Positions 31,501 through 39,135 of a stretch of DNA of 64,000 bases are shown here, piece by piece. The stretch's first letter is position 1. Each line of letters begins with the position of its first letter. The notes beneath the pieces are model-generated. The model saw only the letters and a program-made list of their open reading frames with translations. It did not search any database and was not told the DNA's origin. The DNA is from a virus, in IMG/VR virus record IMGVR_UViG_3300000095_000002, positions 1,258-65,257 of that record; one strand, 5' to 3'. The position numbers and the translations under genes were made by a program.

Positions 31501-32255
31501 TAGAGAATATTCTTAAAGAGTTCACTAATAATATGAATAACAGAAAACCTATAGAAGATATTAAAGTCTCTAATATAAGTGATGTACCTAAAACTTCTCC
31601 TATATCTTCTGCTCCTGGCTTTAGTAATAGTAGAGGAAATATTAACTCTAGAGATACTAAAAACAATGATAAAAGTAAGAAAGATAATAAAGATAATGTA
31701 TTTACCTCTATCACTAATCTAAGTAAATCTATAGATAAAGCAGAAAAGTCTATTACTAAAAAATTAGGACTAGATACTCAATCACTTATTAAAACATCTA
31801 ACACAAATAGTAAAACTCTTAATAAACTCATAGAAGTTAGTGTAAAGAGTATAAGTAAGAGTATAACTACTGCTACTAACACTATTACTGGTACAACTCT
31901 TAAAGGTGGTAAAGTAATAGAACCTCCTAAGCCAAAGAAAGGAGAAATTGTACCTGACTCACTTAGAACTATTAGAGAAGCTGTTACTAACTTCAAGTTA
32001 TCTGTAGATAAATCTAATGTAGAGAAGAAAAAAGAAGCTGATATTAGATATAAAGAAGAACAAAAAGATAATGATAAATTACAGAAATCTATTGAACTTC
32101 TAATAGATAAGATTGAAGAACATATAGAAAAAGGTGGAAATACTACTATTAACTCTCCAATTAATGTAACTGGTGGAGGAGATAAAAATGTAGGTTTAGA
32201 TATTAATACTCACCTATATAACTTAGCTACTAAAGTACAAAGGAGACAAAAATAG
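22599..32255 (+). CDS. Tail tape measure protein (3218 aa)
   Basis: TP901-like N-terminal core (FEQKLNEV...AAYQAASAG), hydrophobic segments, long coiled coil, canonical position. Confidence 0.92.
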   Translation: MDTASNIKFNVEGDDKFSQFLEKTQTSLKNLNEKSLKFFNENLKDVTKNLRGKQSAVEKLVGEYSNMTKSSEGLATSTAKLGKSVTLLGAAFGALNNISIAQSVFKTIGKGFSGILDSIAMTNTGINAMAASGFDGTPLMNSFNEIGAVLSGNQEAIDNFTARATGAFNQFEQKLNEVNIIFGLSQERLSEYGQALQDGLEKNLKNSVSSLTALEAAYQAASAGFTEFQENQKVVELAVKTNKAAPGSNLYSVGGAIGKTSGILGTKDIAELELVAAKAVKAEADGMATLAEMNDYLPDMYSSLKNAGIGVSDLVDQTQGLVVAFTKLGAKVPEITTQMEAFSRNTISKTPEAQKALEGLVDAQGKAITLNQQYFKEKGIVQGIQDFAEAVGYNTEKIKAVYNETNSFAFAMKVLAQNGKLARDSIQGISEVTSDSLTNAFDTATSSSQAKMAQITQSYDEIMISFGRAFQERSKEGVNSIEWYKEVLVTFKEPLINLAKSSVTFFDNLNKVTGVLGSVAKMVAGIAGTILSFRAFNLVLGGITNGFKDLRKESGIIQDLYKSKTGLLSIGKQVLGIDQQHLLNQDRINKAIKNSTSLETALKENIDKTSSSRLSSLVGVRQEIDSIVQRDKAVVASQKNIEKLQEKVNQKKEVSTKGQQDITATENRISTLSNIQEKARAALIDDKENVARFKRLNELEVKEAAIRQRNLGNLELGSLAQINREKLKLQNSYTTTTLRKVQELENQKTALINKAELTRDDKQKVRSLVREQNALKREDRDKDRTPLTSDAKTKLQETQANVTQKLREEELILDSQREKQAVTNNKLVQESTKLEAAKAQQLERTNRLTRTTTELLTLQQDLNQKKNSLDRVNSAVATQQERFYQTQNALRREEANLNKIRNKDSAEYQKQLAVVQQLQTKEATLQESLNRAKNIQAESQRKFNQTDFDTRRKLIQLTRDQGLADGSLIEMRTRSGTVALKNNVINRALVATTEGYGKAINSLKNPTQSLTNIQDVLRNKFIDLRTGISQVSTDGARSLTAFSTVAKAKFAEIAIGAQLFGEAIKGALISSGIGLIVAAIVGLGAKMIQLVGDSKKLDNTYKDFNTTLEASATKFDRANISFEKGSQGISKFNDKIENSKKLFGELEPSAWEQIGNTIGGAVKTIFNFDKAVVKTLTNIVTFGQASKVFKFFGDGLKAVWNSFSDADFIKRAEKMTRISDFIQDYEVALRGQNKELANGNLLTETSNQKIKAKMILTGEDLEREKGANKARINSFTEMVDIQKKELEELKGKGDKLTDRDKAQISILEAEISRREKVIEVSKKQFDDQLKYYEARNLLLDRENKFSNTQVSLEEIKGLQDEVNKSQSTLNANISSGLDIYSSSIKDSQAKSKQFLSDLKDGSLSVKATLKDLGGEIYKVGEDGKVISQLPEDVLKSIETTLKGKEIDGKKYSLEQVLNLKETRDALTKAGVEIPKDLSVLADKMKASYKASEGELQLINLKELEKDLSNFSTLSDKYQEKKRQFLSTTKDDIGATTFSTSIKKSLRLAETDLQGFLNALDASSKGANKFITASTQKFTRQALEGTLNLTEGLKELGKVESEIESKQLEKLKTSITGKNKDEILAALKEIGVETEKTLTAESIDFNKFEENIGTFVEGLNAVAESGEQSNEEIAKKFESFYNQMKGKVTPAAYKTLTETLIGYEKAASEQRISNITLETNALEQQKKYGLVLEADYIKEINALNIQTTEENIKNKQVELKRLLSLYKESAPQVAKAKAELESLELDLKGKKSNNPVEIAQAESKAKFDILKKDLELGKVTRRQYIEEELKDSQLLYQTQLSEKQKTLSELMKDEVKNAKAIKALRKSMESDEKDFNLNILEINRRRIEEQFKIQTNALSRRELEARENSLNGNTKEELESIRKLETDKINLNIKTLESRLAVEKQGSEKFLEIEKQLLEAQLSLRETQVKQSKDRTNEEIERKKNELSTIAALEERNNLNGTTNKNLENTRQLREKEIQLSIDSINSQIALTEKGSKERLALEQQLILEVNKLQKTQLDNQKERLEQSLEDRRKKLEARQIDLEKASIRGTTEQDIEATRKLKEEEITSTIESLKQRSSLYKEGSKERIALEQEIAKETLKLDKQVYENQKSRLQTQIDNKKKAFRDTQLQLEKLMVLGTSTEDSKKVRAAKEEEIQITIEGIKKEINLTKEGSTQRKDLERSLREELLKLDKQRIANKREFIDEEISLEKTKITKIQSLLERSTIGGTFEKDLEKIRELKEKETQITINSIQKQLATYKGNAKERLALEAQLTQEITKLQKIQFGNKEEKLKSQLEDAKNKLDKQIALKESSLINGATEQELKIVEEAKIKETQFTIDSIRKQINLYKVGSKERLALEANLQREINNLRKQTLDKEKNLIQNTLEFKKTKIDITNIELEKKLLRGDIDRESFEDKLTASSQKVNLLQQDAFTKQLKLYQKGSKEYLEILKNLSQLQVDYQKSVVDKAIRNIDRITKSQNNSIEAQKISITNQLSSSDSLTKEIQEQIKLEDSRSSVIKATSDYQVGLLELTKRSTGDIEKRAEIDVQIAELKQKALLESQEIEINSIENNALINEAALEREKIQISLNRLELDRNKIQTEAELRKARLNKLDSESINALQLQLDSINNQYDALGRSENLISTQIANQAEISRNQLKVIKQQQDLAQKNSALDVEQAKQNVIIAGYEKQLSQLKAKGDLIQANVNKEKVIGDLLTKAYDAQIALLNSRKELMDSTLSSIDSLYSIEQSMAKSDLTKDKLAKEQAKDKLTYLEFQQKVENESFNLEKAKNKIVRERQKVELTIAELNAKQALAMSKAEEARTNARKDATNEEKLAAKLAVEAAEQGIIAAKANRDINLELIKVEEQSEKNKEVINARNQRNQRLQAEQSLASLTSNTTDDREVKGKAQEYRELDERSISNTLKSTSNLNIENILKEFTNNMNNRKPIEDIKVSNISDVPKTSPISSAPGFSNSRGNINSRDTKNNDKSKKDNKDNVFTSITNLSKSIDKAEKSITKKLGLDTQSLIKTSNTNSKTLNKLIEVSVKSISKSITTATNTITGTTLKGGKVIEPPKPKKGEIVPDSLRTIREAVTNFKLSVDKSNVEKKKEADIRYKEEQKDNDKLQKSIELLIDKIEEHIEKGGNTTINSPINVTGGGDKNVGLDINTHLYNLATKVQRRQK
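28230..30110 (+). repeat. 89-aa (267-bp) tandem repeat, about 7 copies, within the tape measure gene
   Basis: A GSKERLALE-type motif starts at 28431, 28698, 28965, 29232, 29499, 29766 and 30039. Outer boundaries are approximate. Confidence 0.85.
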
Positions 32256-32281
32256 ATGAGAAAGAGGAAATACACTAAATA

Positions 32282-32875
32282 ATGACTAATCAATTTCAAG
32301 ATATAGATGACCCAGTAATTCTAGGACAACATGGTAGAGAAGACGATTTAACTAAATGTTTTCCTTTTCACCGTAAACTCTGCTTTTTAAACGAAAAGAA
32401 CCTTTTAGCTAATACCGAAATAGGTAATGAAGTTTTATATCAGATAAATGGAAAATCTTATATTTGTCTATTTGTAGAATCTAACGCTTATCAAGTAACT
32501 ATTGAAGGGGAAGCTACTAGAATGGCGTCTACTGGTTCTGGCACTTATGTTAAATATTCTCTAATACGAAAAGGTTTCACTGCTCAGTTCGATTATACAG
32601 TAACAGATATTTTAGTATCTCTAGATAAGATTGCTAAAGATGCTATACGAGAAAAGAAGTTTGTAGAAGTAATAGATTATGTAAGACCTGAGACAGAAGA
32701 TTATGATAAGGGATACACAATTAGAAAAGGACTAATTTATCTTCCACTTACTTACTCAGGACTTATGAGTGGTCATAAAACAATAGATAATATTACTAAG
32801 CCAACTACTCGACCTATTATTGCTCCAGAAGGTTTTTCTTTAACGTTTACTGAAAATTCATATCGAATAGGATAA
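32282..32875 (+). CDS. Distal tail protein-like (putative)
   Basis: First gene after the tape measure gene; beta-rich. Confidence 0.5.
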   Translation: MTNQFQDIDDPVILGQHGREDDLTKCFPFHRKLCFLNEKNLLANTEIGNEVLYQINGKSYICLFVESNAYQVTIEGEATRMASTGSGTYVKYSLIRKGFTAQFDYTVTDILVSLDKIAKDAIREKKFVEVIDYVRPETEDYDKGYTIRKGLIYLPLTYSGLMSGHKTIDNITKPTTRPIIAPEGFSLTFTENSYRIG

Positions 32876-32876
32876 A

Positions 32877-33086
32877 TTAATCTTTCTTTTTCTTACTTCT
32901 TTTTATTCTAGAGTTTTCACAAGCATCTCTAAATATTTTTAATCCTTTTAGTAATTTAGGAAATGCGTCTTCTGCTATCCCTTGATTCTCAAATATAATC
33001 TCGCTAAATACTCCATCACAATCTTCTACTAATTTATCTATTTCATCTCTAGTTAGTTTTTTTGGGATGTCTTCGTTTTCTGTCAT
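32877..33086 (-). CDS. Hypothetical protein
   Basis: ORF in an antisense three-gene insert. Confidence 0.55.
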   Translation of the reverse strand: MTENEDIPKKLTRDEIDKLVEDCDGVFSEIIFENQGIAEDAFPKLLKGLKIFRDACENSRIKRSKKKKD

Positions 33087-33444
33087 TGTTAATTACTTCT
33101 ATCTCTTTTTGAATCTTATCTACTTCTTCTAATCTTTGTAAACTTCTTTCTATAGAAAGTGGATAAGATATATTAATTGAATCTAATACTTCATGATAAA
33201 CTTCTTTTCCATATAAAGTCTGAGATATTTCGTCTGGATTAGTATCTTCTCTCATACTTCGACTCTCCGTCATATATACTACATACTCCTTATCTATACT
33301 TCTTTTTGTCTTATAGTAATTTAAGAGCTTTTGTAGTTCTTCTATAGTTTTATCCATTGCTTCAGGATATTCTATATAGCTAAATAACCCACTACATAAA
33401 GTCCAAGCTCTATATAATTTCTCACTTCTTTGATTATTCTTCAT
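33049..33444 (-). CDS. Hypothetical protein
   Basis: ORF overlapping both neighbours. Confidence 0.6.
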   Translation of the reverse strand: MKNNQRSEKLYRAWTLCSGLFSYIEYPEAMDKTIEELQKLLNYYKTKRSIDKEYVVYMTESRSMREDTNPDEISQTLYGKEVYHEVLDSINISYPLSIERSLQRLEEVDKIQKEIEVINNDRKRRHPKKTN

Positions 33445-33634
33445 ATTTACTTATCTCTTCTACTTTCGGTAATAAATGGTTTACTCCAAATAATTTAGCT
33501 AGTCCCGAAGTTTTAAGAAATTTTTGTCTTTCACTATGATTCATTACTACTTTTGTTCCTGCTAAACACTCATTAATTTCTTTTTTCATATCATTTAATC
33601 TTTCTTCTATACTATAAATATCTACATTCATCAT
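33434..33634 (-). CDS. Hypothetical protein
   Basis: ORF overlapping its neighbour. Confidence 0.55.
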   Translation of the reverse strand: MMNVDIYSIEERLNDMKKEINECLAGTKVVMNHSERQKFLKTSGLAKLFGVNHLLPKVEEISKYEE

Positions 33635-33643
33635 ATCTTATAT

Positions 33644-34000
33644 ATGTTTCAAATCGTAACCTCGAATACTATATCGAATAGTGCTTTAGAAATAGAACCT
33701 ATAAAAATAACGGTTCCTTGCTTCTATCTTACTAATGGTACAGTATCTAACAGCTTTACACCAATGTTTACTCTTAATTCTGTAAATGAGGAGATATTAG
33801 ATATAGACACTCTTAGCTTCAATACTTCTTCTATACCTTCACTATATACTATGGTTGAAATAGATATAGATAGTCTTGAATCTCTAGAAGAGATCTCTAC
33901 TCTATATTTAAACGGTAGTAAATATCAAAATCTCTTAGAGATAGATGAACTAATACTATACAATGAGCCAGAAATTATAGAAGAAAGAGAATCTACTTAA
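33644..34000 (+). CDS. Hypothetical tail-region protein
   Basis: Acidic ORF in the tail tip block. Confidence 0.5.
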   Translation: MFQIVTSNTISNSALEIEPIKITVPCFYLTNGTVSNSFTPMFTLNSVNEEILDIDTLSFNTSSIPSLYTMVEIDIDSLESLEEISTLYLNGSKYQNLLEIDELILYNEPEIIEEREST

Positions 34001-34049
34001 ACTCTTAATATCTAATATAGAATAAGCATAATAACTTCTTTTCTTCCAT

Positions 34050-36764
34050 ATGAAATCTAAACTTCCTCTTAATAATATAGTTAATTCAAATAATGAGTTA
34101 TCTCTAGAACAAATTAATAAACTTAGTAATAGTCCCGGTACATTTCTTTTTAATCCTATAACTAAGAAAGTCCTTTTATGTTGTAAAGTAAACACTAAAA
34201 TTACTAACGATCCTCTACCACTAAAGATATTAGGAGATAAAGAAATATTTATTAGTAATAAAGTAGAAACTTCTCCTTTTATCCTAGAACATAATCTATT
34301 ACCTGAGTTTATCTTAGAGCATAATTTAGTTGGAGGGTTTACTCTTACTAGAAGTTTTGAGAATCATCCTTCTATTGGATTTAATCTTGTATGTGATAGA
34401 GAAGAAATTGATGATGTAAGAGCAAAGTTTAGAGATACCGAGAAGAAATATATCTTCTATAACATTCCCTTTCGTTTAGTTAATTATTCGGAAGTTTCTG
34501 CTCATAGGTCTATTAATCCATTAGGTAAATACGATGTCACTTTATCTTTTGAAGGTTGGTACTCAAAGCTAATTAATACTCCACTATTCGTTAAAAAGAG
34601 AGGAGATAATTTATCTAATAGTAAAAACTTTGAAGCTCCTGAATGTAGAATAGATAGAAATAAAAATACTAATACTGAATTAACTAACTCTCTTACTAAA
34701 CCAAATGAATTAGTTATTCCTTTAACTTCTTTTGCTAGTAGATTAGGATTTAATTATTTAGGATACAACTTTTTATGTAATTATCAGAAACCAGTTAGTC
34801 CTGATTTAACTACAACATTTGCTAGTGAGTTAGATAGTAGAAAAAGAACTAAAGGTCTTTATACACTATTTTCTTCAGATGAAGGTGTTAAAACTATTAA
34901 ATGGGCTAGACCTGCAACTTACAAAATAAAAGAAAACAAAACAATTAGTGACCTTAGCTATTCTGATAATTTAAGTGAGTTAGGTTATAAGCCTAGTGAA
35001 TTAACTTGGAATAAGGCAGATGAAGAACCTTTAGATAATACGCAAGAAGATACATTTCAAAATACTATTCCTTCTTGGTTACAACTCAATATAAGAATTA
35101 CTGAAACTATTAGTGACCCGGATAACGCAACTTCTCCACCAAATGATGAAGGTCTTATTCGTACAATGGATCTTAATTATGATGCTTCCGGTAAAGTAAA
35201 AATTAAAACTTTTACTAAAAGGGAAGGTACAACAGTCATCTGGGAGAAAGTAGAAACTTGGGGATTTATGTATGTCTCCAAAGATATTGTAATAGATAGG
35301 AATGGAGAAAAAGTAATTGAAGCATCTCCTAGCAATTATTGGGGATTAACTGAATCTCAAGAAACTACCCATTTATATGATTCTTCTACTGGTTATTATT
35401 TAGGAAATAAGATTAATGGGTGGAAAATGTGTAGATTTAAACAAGAATCTTCAACTGAAACAGCTAAATTAGAAATAGAAAAACAAGGACTTAGTGACCC
35501 ACTATCTAAGCTTTATGAATCTGATGAAGTAGTTAGAGGAGAGAAAACATATGAACTGAATCAAATAATAGATTGTTATAGATTTAGAGCTGTTCCTATT
35601 ATTGGTGGTACTCAATATATACTTAGACAATTTAGAGATTATTATCAAGATGCTAATACTTCTACTCCTAACATTCCTTATCAAGTCTGTACTTCTAATG
35701 GTCAATTGGTAACTCAATACATAAGAGACCCAACTTGGGTAGAACCGATGTTTATTGGAGAAGAATATACTTATTACTCTTGCTATACTCGCACTGAAGA
35801 CCCTGCTAATTTAGCTTTAAGAAGAGAGTTTAGAGATTCTCCACCTGAGACACCTACTGATAATCCTGTATATAACCCACCATTATCTACTGGTAGAGAA
35901 ACTGAAATATACAAGAAAGTATTGATACATAGAAGTAAATCTACTATTCAAGAAGAAGGATTAGGTTTCACGTCTCCCGGAAGTTCAGTTAAAGATAATT
36001 TTATTGGAAATGACAAGGAAGGCTTAGAAGATAGATATGAGACACATATTACTGAAAGATCAGCTCAAGATAGTAATTTCAGAAATGCTTCTACAATTAT
36101 CCGAATAGAGGAAAGCTCGGGTAGACCAGGAGAACCAGGAAGAAAACAATTACCTTTTGTACCTAAAACTGAAGAAAGTATAAAAGAAAACTCCGACTTC
36201 TACTATCAAATGATTGAGACTAAAAGAGAAGATAAGATTAAACAACCAAAAGATAATTATAAATATCTCTTAGTTACTCAAGGCTATAACGTTAACGACC
36301 CAATTCAAGGATCAGTTTCTTACAATACAAAGCACAAATCTGAAGCGTTTTTAAGTGCTTGTACTGATTTAGAAATTGATGATATGAATAGTAATTGTTC
36401 TATCTCTTTCACTACTTTATTTAGACCAGAGATTATAGAAGGAAGTAAACTCAATTTTAGTTATTCTTGGGATTCTTGGAAGACTAGAGTGATTAGTAAT
36501 AGTTCAACTATAAATATCGTGGGAAACGTAGAGTTTGATGATGGTTCGATAGGAATAGAAGTTACAGGTTCTACTACTCTTAGCTTAGGCATAGATAGTA
36601 ATTTAGGTAGCTTAACATCTTTACAGAAAATCAAACTACCTAAAGAAACTGTACCTTCTGCTAATACTCAAAATCCTAGTGAGTCTAGCGTATTTAATAT
36701 GTACACTAGAGGAAAGGAACTTGGAAAGATTGCCTATGGTTTTGGAAGTAGATATAGTGGGTAA
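34050..36764 (+). CDS. Tail tip/baseplate hub protein (putative)
   Basis: 904 aa. The C-terminal FRPEIIEGSKL...RVIS.......TTLSL resembles hub/Tal C-termini, and the position fits. Confidence 0.55.
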   Translation: MKSKLPLNNIVNSNNELSLEQINKLSNSPGTFLFNPITKKVLLCCKVNTKITNDPLPLKILGDKEIFISNKVETSPFILEHNLLPEFILEHNLVGGFTLTRSFENHPSIGFNLVCDREEIDDVRAKFRDTEKKYIFYNIPFRLVNYSEVSAHRSINPLGKYDVTLSFEGWYSKLINTPLFVKKRGDNLSNSKNFEAPECRIDRNKNTNTELTNSLTKPNELVIPLTSFASRLGFNYLGYNFLCNYQKPVSPDLTTTFASELDSRKRTKGLYTLFSSDEGVKTIKWARPATYKIKENKTISDLSYSDNLSELGYKPSELTWNKADEEPLDNTQEDTFQNTIPSWLQLNIRITETISDPDNATSPPNDEGLIRTMDLNYDASGKVKIKTFTKREGTTVIWEKVETWGFMYVSKDIVIDRNGEKVIEASPSNYWGLTESQETTHLYDSSTGYYLGNKINGWKMCRFKQESSTETAKLEIEKQGLSDPLSKLYESDEVVRGEKTYELNQIIDCYRFRAVPIIGGTQYILRQFRDYYQDANTSTPNIPYQVCTSNGQLVTQYIRDPTWVEPMFIGEEYTYYSCYTRTEDPANLALRREFRDSPPETPTDNPVYNPPLSTGRETEIYKKVLIHRSKSTIQEEGLGFTSPGSSVKDNFIGNDKEGLEDRYETHITERSAQDSNFRNASTIIRIEESSGRPGEPGRKQLPFVPKTEESIKENSDFYYQMIETKREDKIKQPKDNYKYLLVTQGYNVNDPIQGSVSYNTKHKSEAFLSACTDLEIDDMNSNCSISFTTLFRPEIIEGSKLNFSYSWDSWKTRVISNSSTINIVGNVEFDDGSIGIEVTGSTTLSLGIDSNLGSLTSLQKIKLPKETVPSANTQNPSESSVFNMYTRGKELGKIAYGFGSRYSG

Positions 36765-36769
36765 CTAAA

Positions 36770-37174
36770 TTAGCACTCATTAAACCGTATGAGAACTGAA
36801 TTACATTTCCAACATTTAGGTATATCAACTAAACTATCTAGCGGACTATCTTTTGTACTAAAATCTGTACCATCTCCTATATTTCCACAATTAAAACATC
36901 TATATTCTAAACTGTAGTAGTAGTTAACTATAGGATTTATGCCACATAATGTCTTACTTCCTACATTATTCAATATAAATTCTAAATGTTCTAGAGGTAC
37001 TTCAATCTTTTGGAAATCTTCTAACTTAAACTTATATTCTATATCTGCTTCTACCAGTTGAATCCATTTACCTAATATAAGATTAATTTCTTCTTCTGTA
37101 GCAGCAAATAAACCTTCTACTAAATTATTGTACCTACCATCAATAGAATATTTCCACAAATATAACTTGCTCAT
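36770..37174 (-). CDS. Hypothetical protein with C-terminal zinc ribbon
   Basis: CFNC...CWKC. Confidence 0.6.
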   Translation of the reverse strand: MSKLYLWKYSIDGRYNNLVEGLFAATEEEINLILGKWIQLVEADIEYKFKLEDFQKIEVPLEHLEFILNNVGSKTLCGINPIVNYYYSLEYRCFNCGNIGDGTDFSTKDSPLDSLVDIPKCWKCNSVLIRFNEC

Positions 37175-37191
37175 TTAATCTCTCTTTTTAT

Positions 37192-37698
37192 TTAATAGCA
37201 AAACATAGCTGAATATTCTTCATTCCATTCATTTTTTAATATTCGTCGTTCTCCTCTCATATATAGAATAAATTCAGTAGCTAAGTGAAAATTATCTACT
37301 ATTTCATCAAAATTACTTAATACACTTATTCCATACGTAGGATTTGAGTAGAGTTCTATATACTGGTGAGAAAGATAAGTAGCATCTGGATTGCTCATCT
37401 TAGTAGGTATCTTTTTGGGTATTTTAAACTCTAATCTAAATACTCTTGTTTCATCTCTATGATAATTATCATTAGCCCAAGTAGTATCTCTATCTTTGTG
37501 ATCAATTAAAGTAATCTTCTTATCTTTAAGTTCATTACGAATTCTATCTGCTTCTACATAATTCTTAGCTTTTTTAGCATCATTTCTTTGTTTAACTAAC
37601 GCTTCTACATCTTCCTTAGTTAAGAAAGAGTTTAATACATTACTAAATTTAGGTAGATAAAGACGAACTTTCTTAAACTCTAGTAATTCAACTTCCAT
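37192..37698 (-). CDS. Protein containing a cysteinyl-tRNA synthetase C-terminal (anticodon-binding) helical domain
   Basis: VEALVKQRNDAKKAKNYVEADRIRNELKDKKITLIDHKDRDTTW. Confidence 0.75.
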   Translation of the reverse strand: MEVELLEFKKVRLYLPKFSNVLNSFLTKEDVEALVKQRNDAKKAKNYVEADRIRNELKDKKITLIDHKDRDTTWANDNYHRDETRVFRLEFKIPKKIPTKMSNPDATYLSHQYIELYSNPTYGISVLSNFDEIVDNFHLATEFILYMRGERRILKNEWNEEYSAMFCY

Positions 37699-37701
37699 GA
37701 T

Positions 37702-38265
37702 TTAAAGCAATCCATTAGCTTTCATCAATAATCTCATGAGATATTGAGCTTTTCTATCAGTAATACCAGCTCGATTAAGTCCTGCTGTTACTTCTGTAGG
37801 TGCGCCAAGAAATGTATCATAGATATCTTTTCCATCAGTAGCAAAATCCTTCGCTTTCTTAGTAATGTCTTGGATTTCAGGTTCCATTACTTTACTAACT
37901 CGTTTAGCTAACTCTCTTCTAGATAAAGTTCTATAATCTACTCCTTCTCCTTTAGTCATTAGCTCATCGAAGTTATCATGAACTCTTTTAAGTCTCTCAC
38001 TATAACTCTTAGGATTATTAGGTTTAAAATTACCAGATCTAACTTCATCTAGTAATCTCTTTATAATTTTAGGTTTAACTACACGAGCATAAATAGCAGA
38101 TTCCGTACCTTTAGCTAATCCTCTACCAGTAGCTTTAATCGCTCCCCTTCTACCTGATATAGCTTGAAGTGCTTTTTCCCACTCTTCTTGTCTAACCTGG
38201 ATACCTAATTTCTCTGCTTCAGGATCTCTAGCTAATTTATTTATTTGTGCAATAGCTAATCCCAT
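37702..38265 (-). CDS. Basic helical protein, probably the C-terminal part of a frameshift fusion with 38391..39095
   Basis: The frame is open upstream to 38409, through the A9 run. Confidence 0.65.
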   Translation of the reverse strand: MGLAIAQINKLARDPEAEKLGIQVRQEEWEKALQAISGRRGAIKATGRGLAKGTESAIYARVVKPKIIKRLLDEVRSGNFKPNNPKSYSERLKRVHDNFDELMTKGEGVDYRTLSRRELAKRVSKVMEPEIQDITKKAKDFATDGKDIYDTFLGAPTEVTAGLNRAGITDRKAQYLMRLLMKANGLL

Positions 38266-38390
38266 AGGACTTTTACGTTCAGCAATTGGAGATATAGCTA
38301 AGTCTTTTAATTTATCTTTTTCACTTACTACTGCTTTAACTTTGTCTATTCCTAATATTCCTCTTCTAGATGCGTTAGGTACAATATCAT

Positions 38391-39095
38391 CTACTTTTTT
38401 TTTACGTTTTCATCATTAATAAGCTTCTCTCTAATTAATCTATCTCTAACTTTACGTTTAGCTTTAGTAATTACTTTATCGATAGGAGCTTTATTTGATG
38501 TGTCTAATATAGTTTTGAGAGATGTTCTTTCTGGAGGTCTTCCTAATCCTGTACCTTTCTTAGGTCGAGCAAGAGCTTTCTCCATTTGAACAATAGCTTT
38601 CATCTCTATAGGAAGAGAGTTATAAGCTTCTTGAGTTCTCTCCATATTCTTAGCAGAAACTACCATAGAACTTGCTAACTTTCTACCCCGAGCTTTTGTC
38701 TTTGATAATTTCGTACCTCGAATACCTGACCTACTAGCAATTGGAGTAGTCCAAGGATCTGGTAACTGATCGTATTTCTGGATAATAGTAGATTTTGAAG
38801 GCACTGAACCATTTGTAATTTTTATTGTTACTCCTTTAGGATATTTAGGTGTGGAAGATTTAGCAGAATTTAATATATTCTTGTTAAGAGAAGGTTTACT
38901 AATTCCTTTTTTCTTCAGTATTATTGCTGCTCCAATACCTAATGCTCCTATAGTTCCTACCCCTAAAGCTATATTTCTTTTAGTATTATCTTTCTTTCTT
39001 TCTTTTCTGAAGAAATCTTTTACAATAGATACTTTAAAGCCTTTCTTAGTCTTATTTAATCTGTTGTGTCCTTTTACTTTATCTTTATTAAACAT
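38391..39095 (-). CDS. Basic protein with a Gly/Ala hydrophobic helix (same family)
   Basis: VKGHNR...VKDFFRK basic motif followed by IALGVGTIGALGIGAAIILKKK. Confidence 0.7.
   Translation of the reverse strand: MFNKDKVKGHNRLNKTKKGFKVSIVKDFFRKERKKDNTKRNIALGVGTIGALGIGAAIILKKKGISKPSLNKNILNSAKSSTPKYPKGVTIKITNGSVPSKSTIIQKYDQLPDPWTTPIASRSGIRGTKLSKTKARGRKLASSMVVSAKNMERTQEAYNSLPIEMKAIVQMEKALARPKKGTGLGRPPERTSLKTILDTSNKAPIDKVITKAKRKVRDRLIREKLINDENVKKK
38394..38403 (-). other. A9G run containing the -1 slippery heptamer A_AAA_AAG directly before a TAG stop
   Basis: GTA AAA AAA AAG TAG; the -1 frame continues to 37702. Confidence 0.6.
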
Positions 39096-39135
39096 ATTGA
39101 GATATTATAGATATACATACCTATAATAGCAATAA

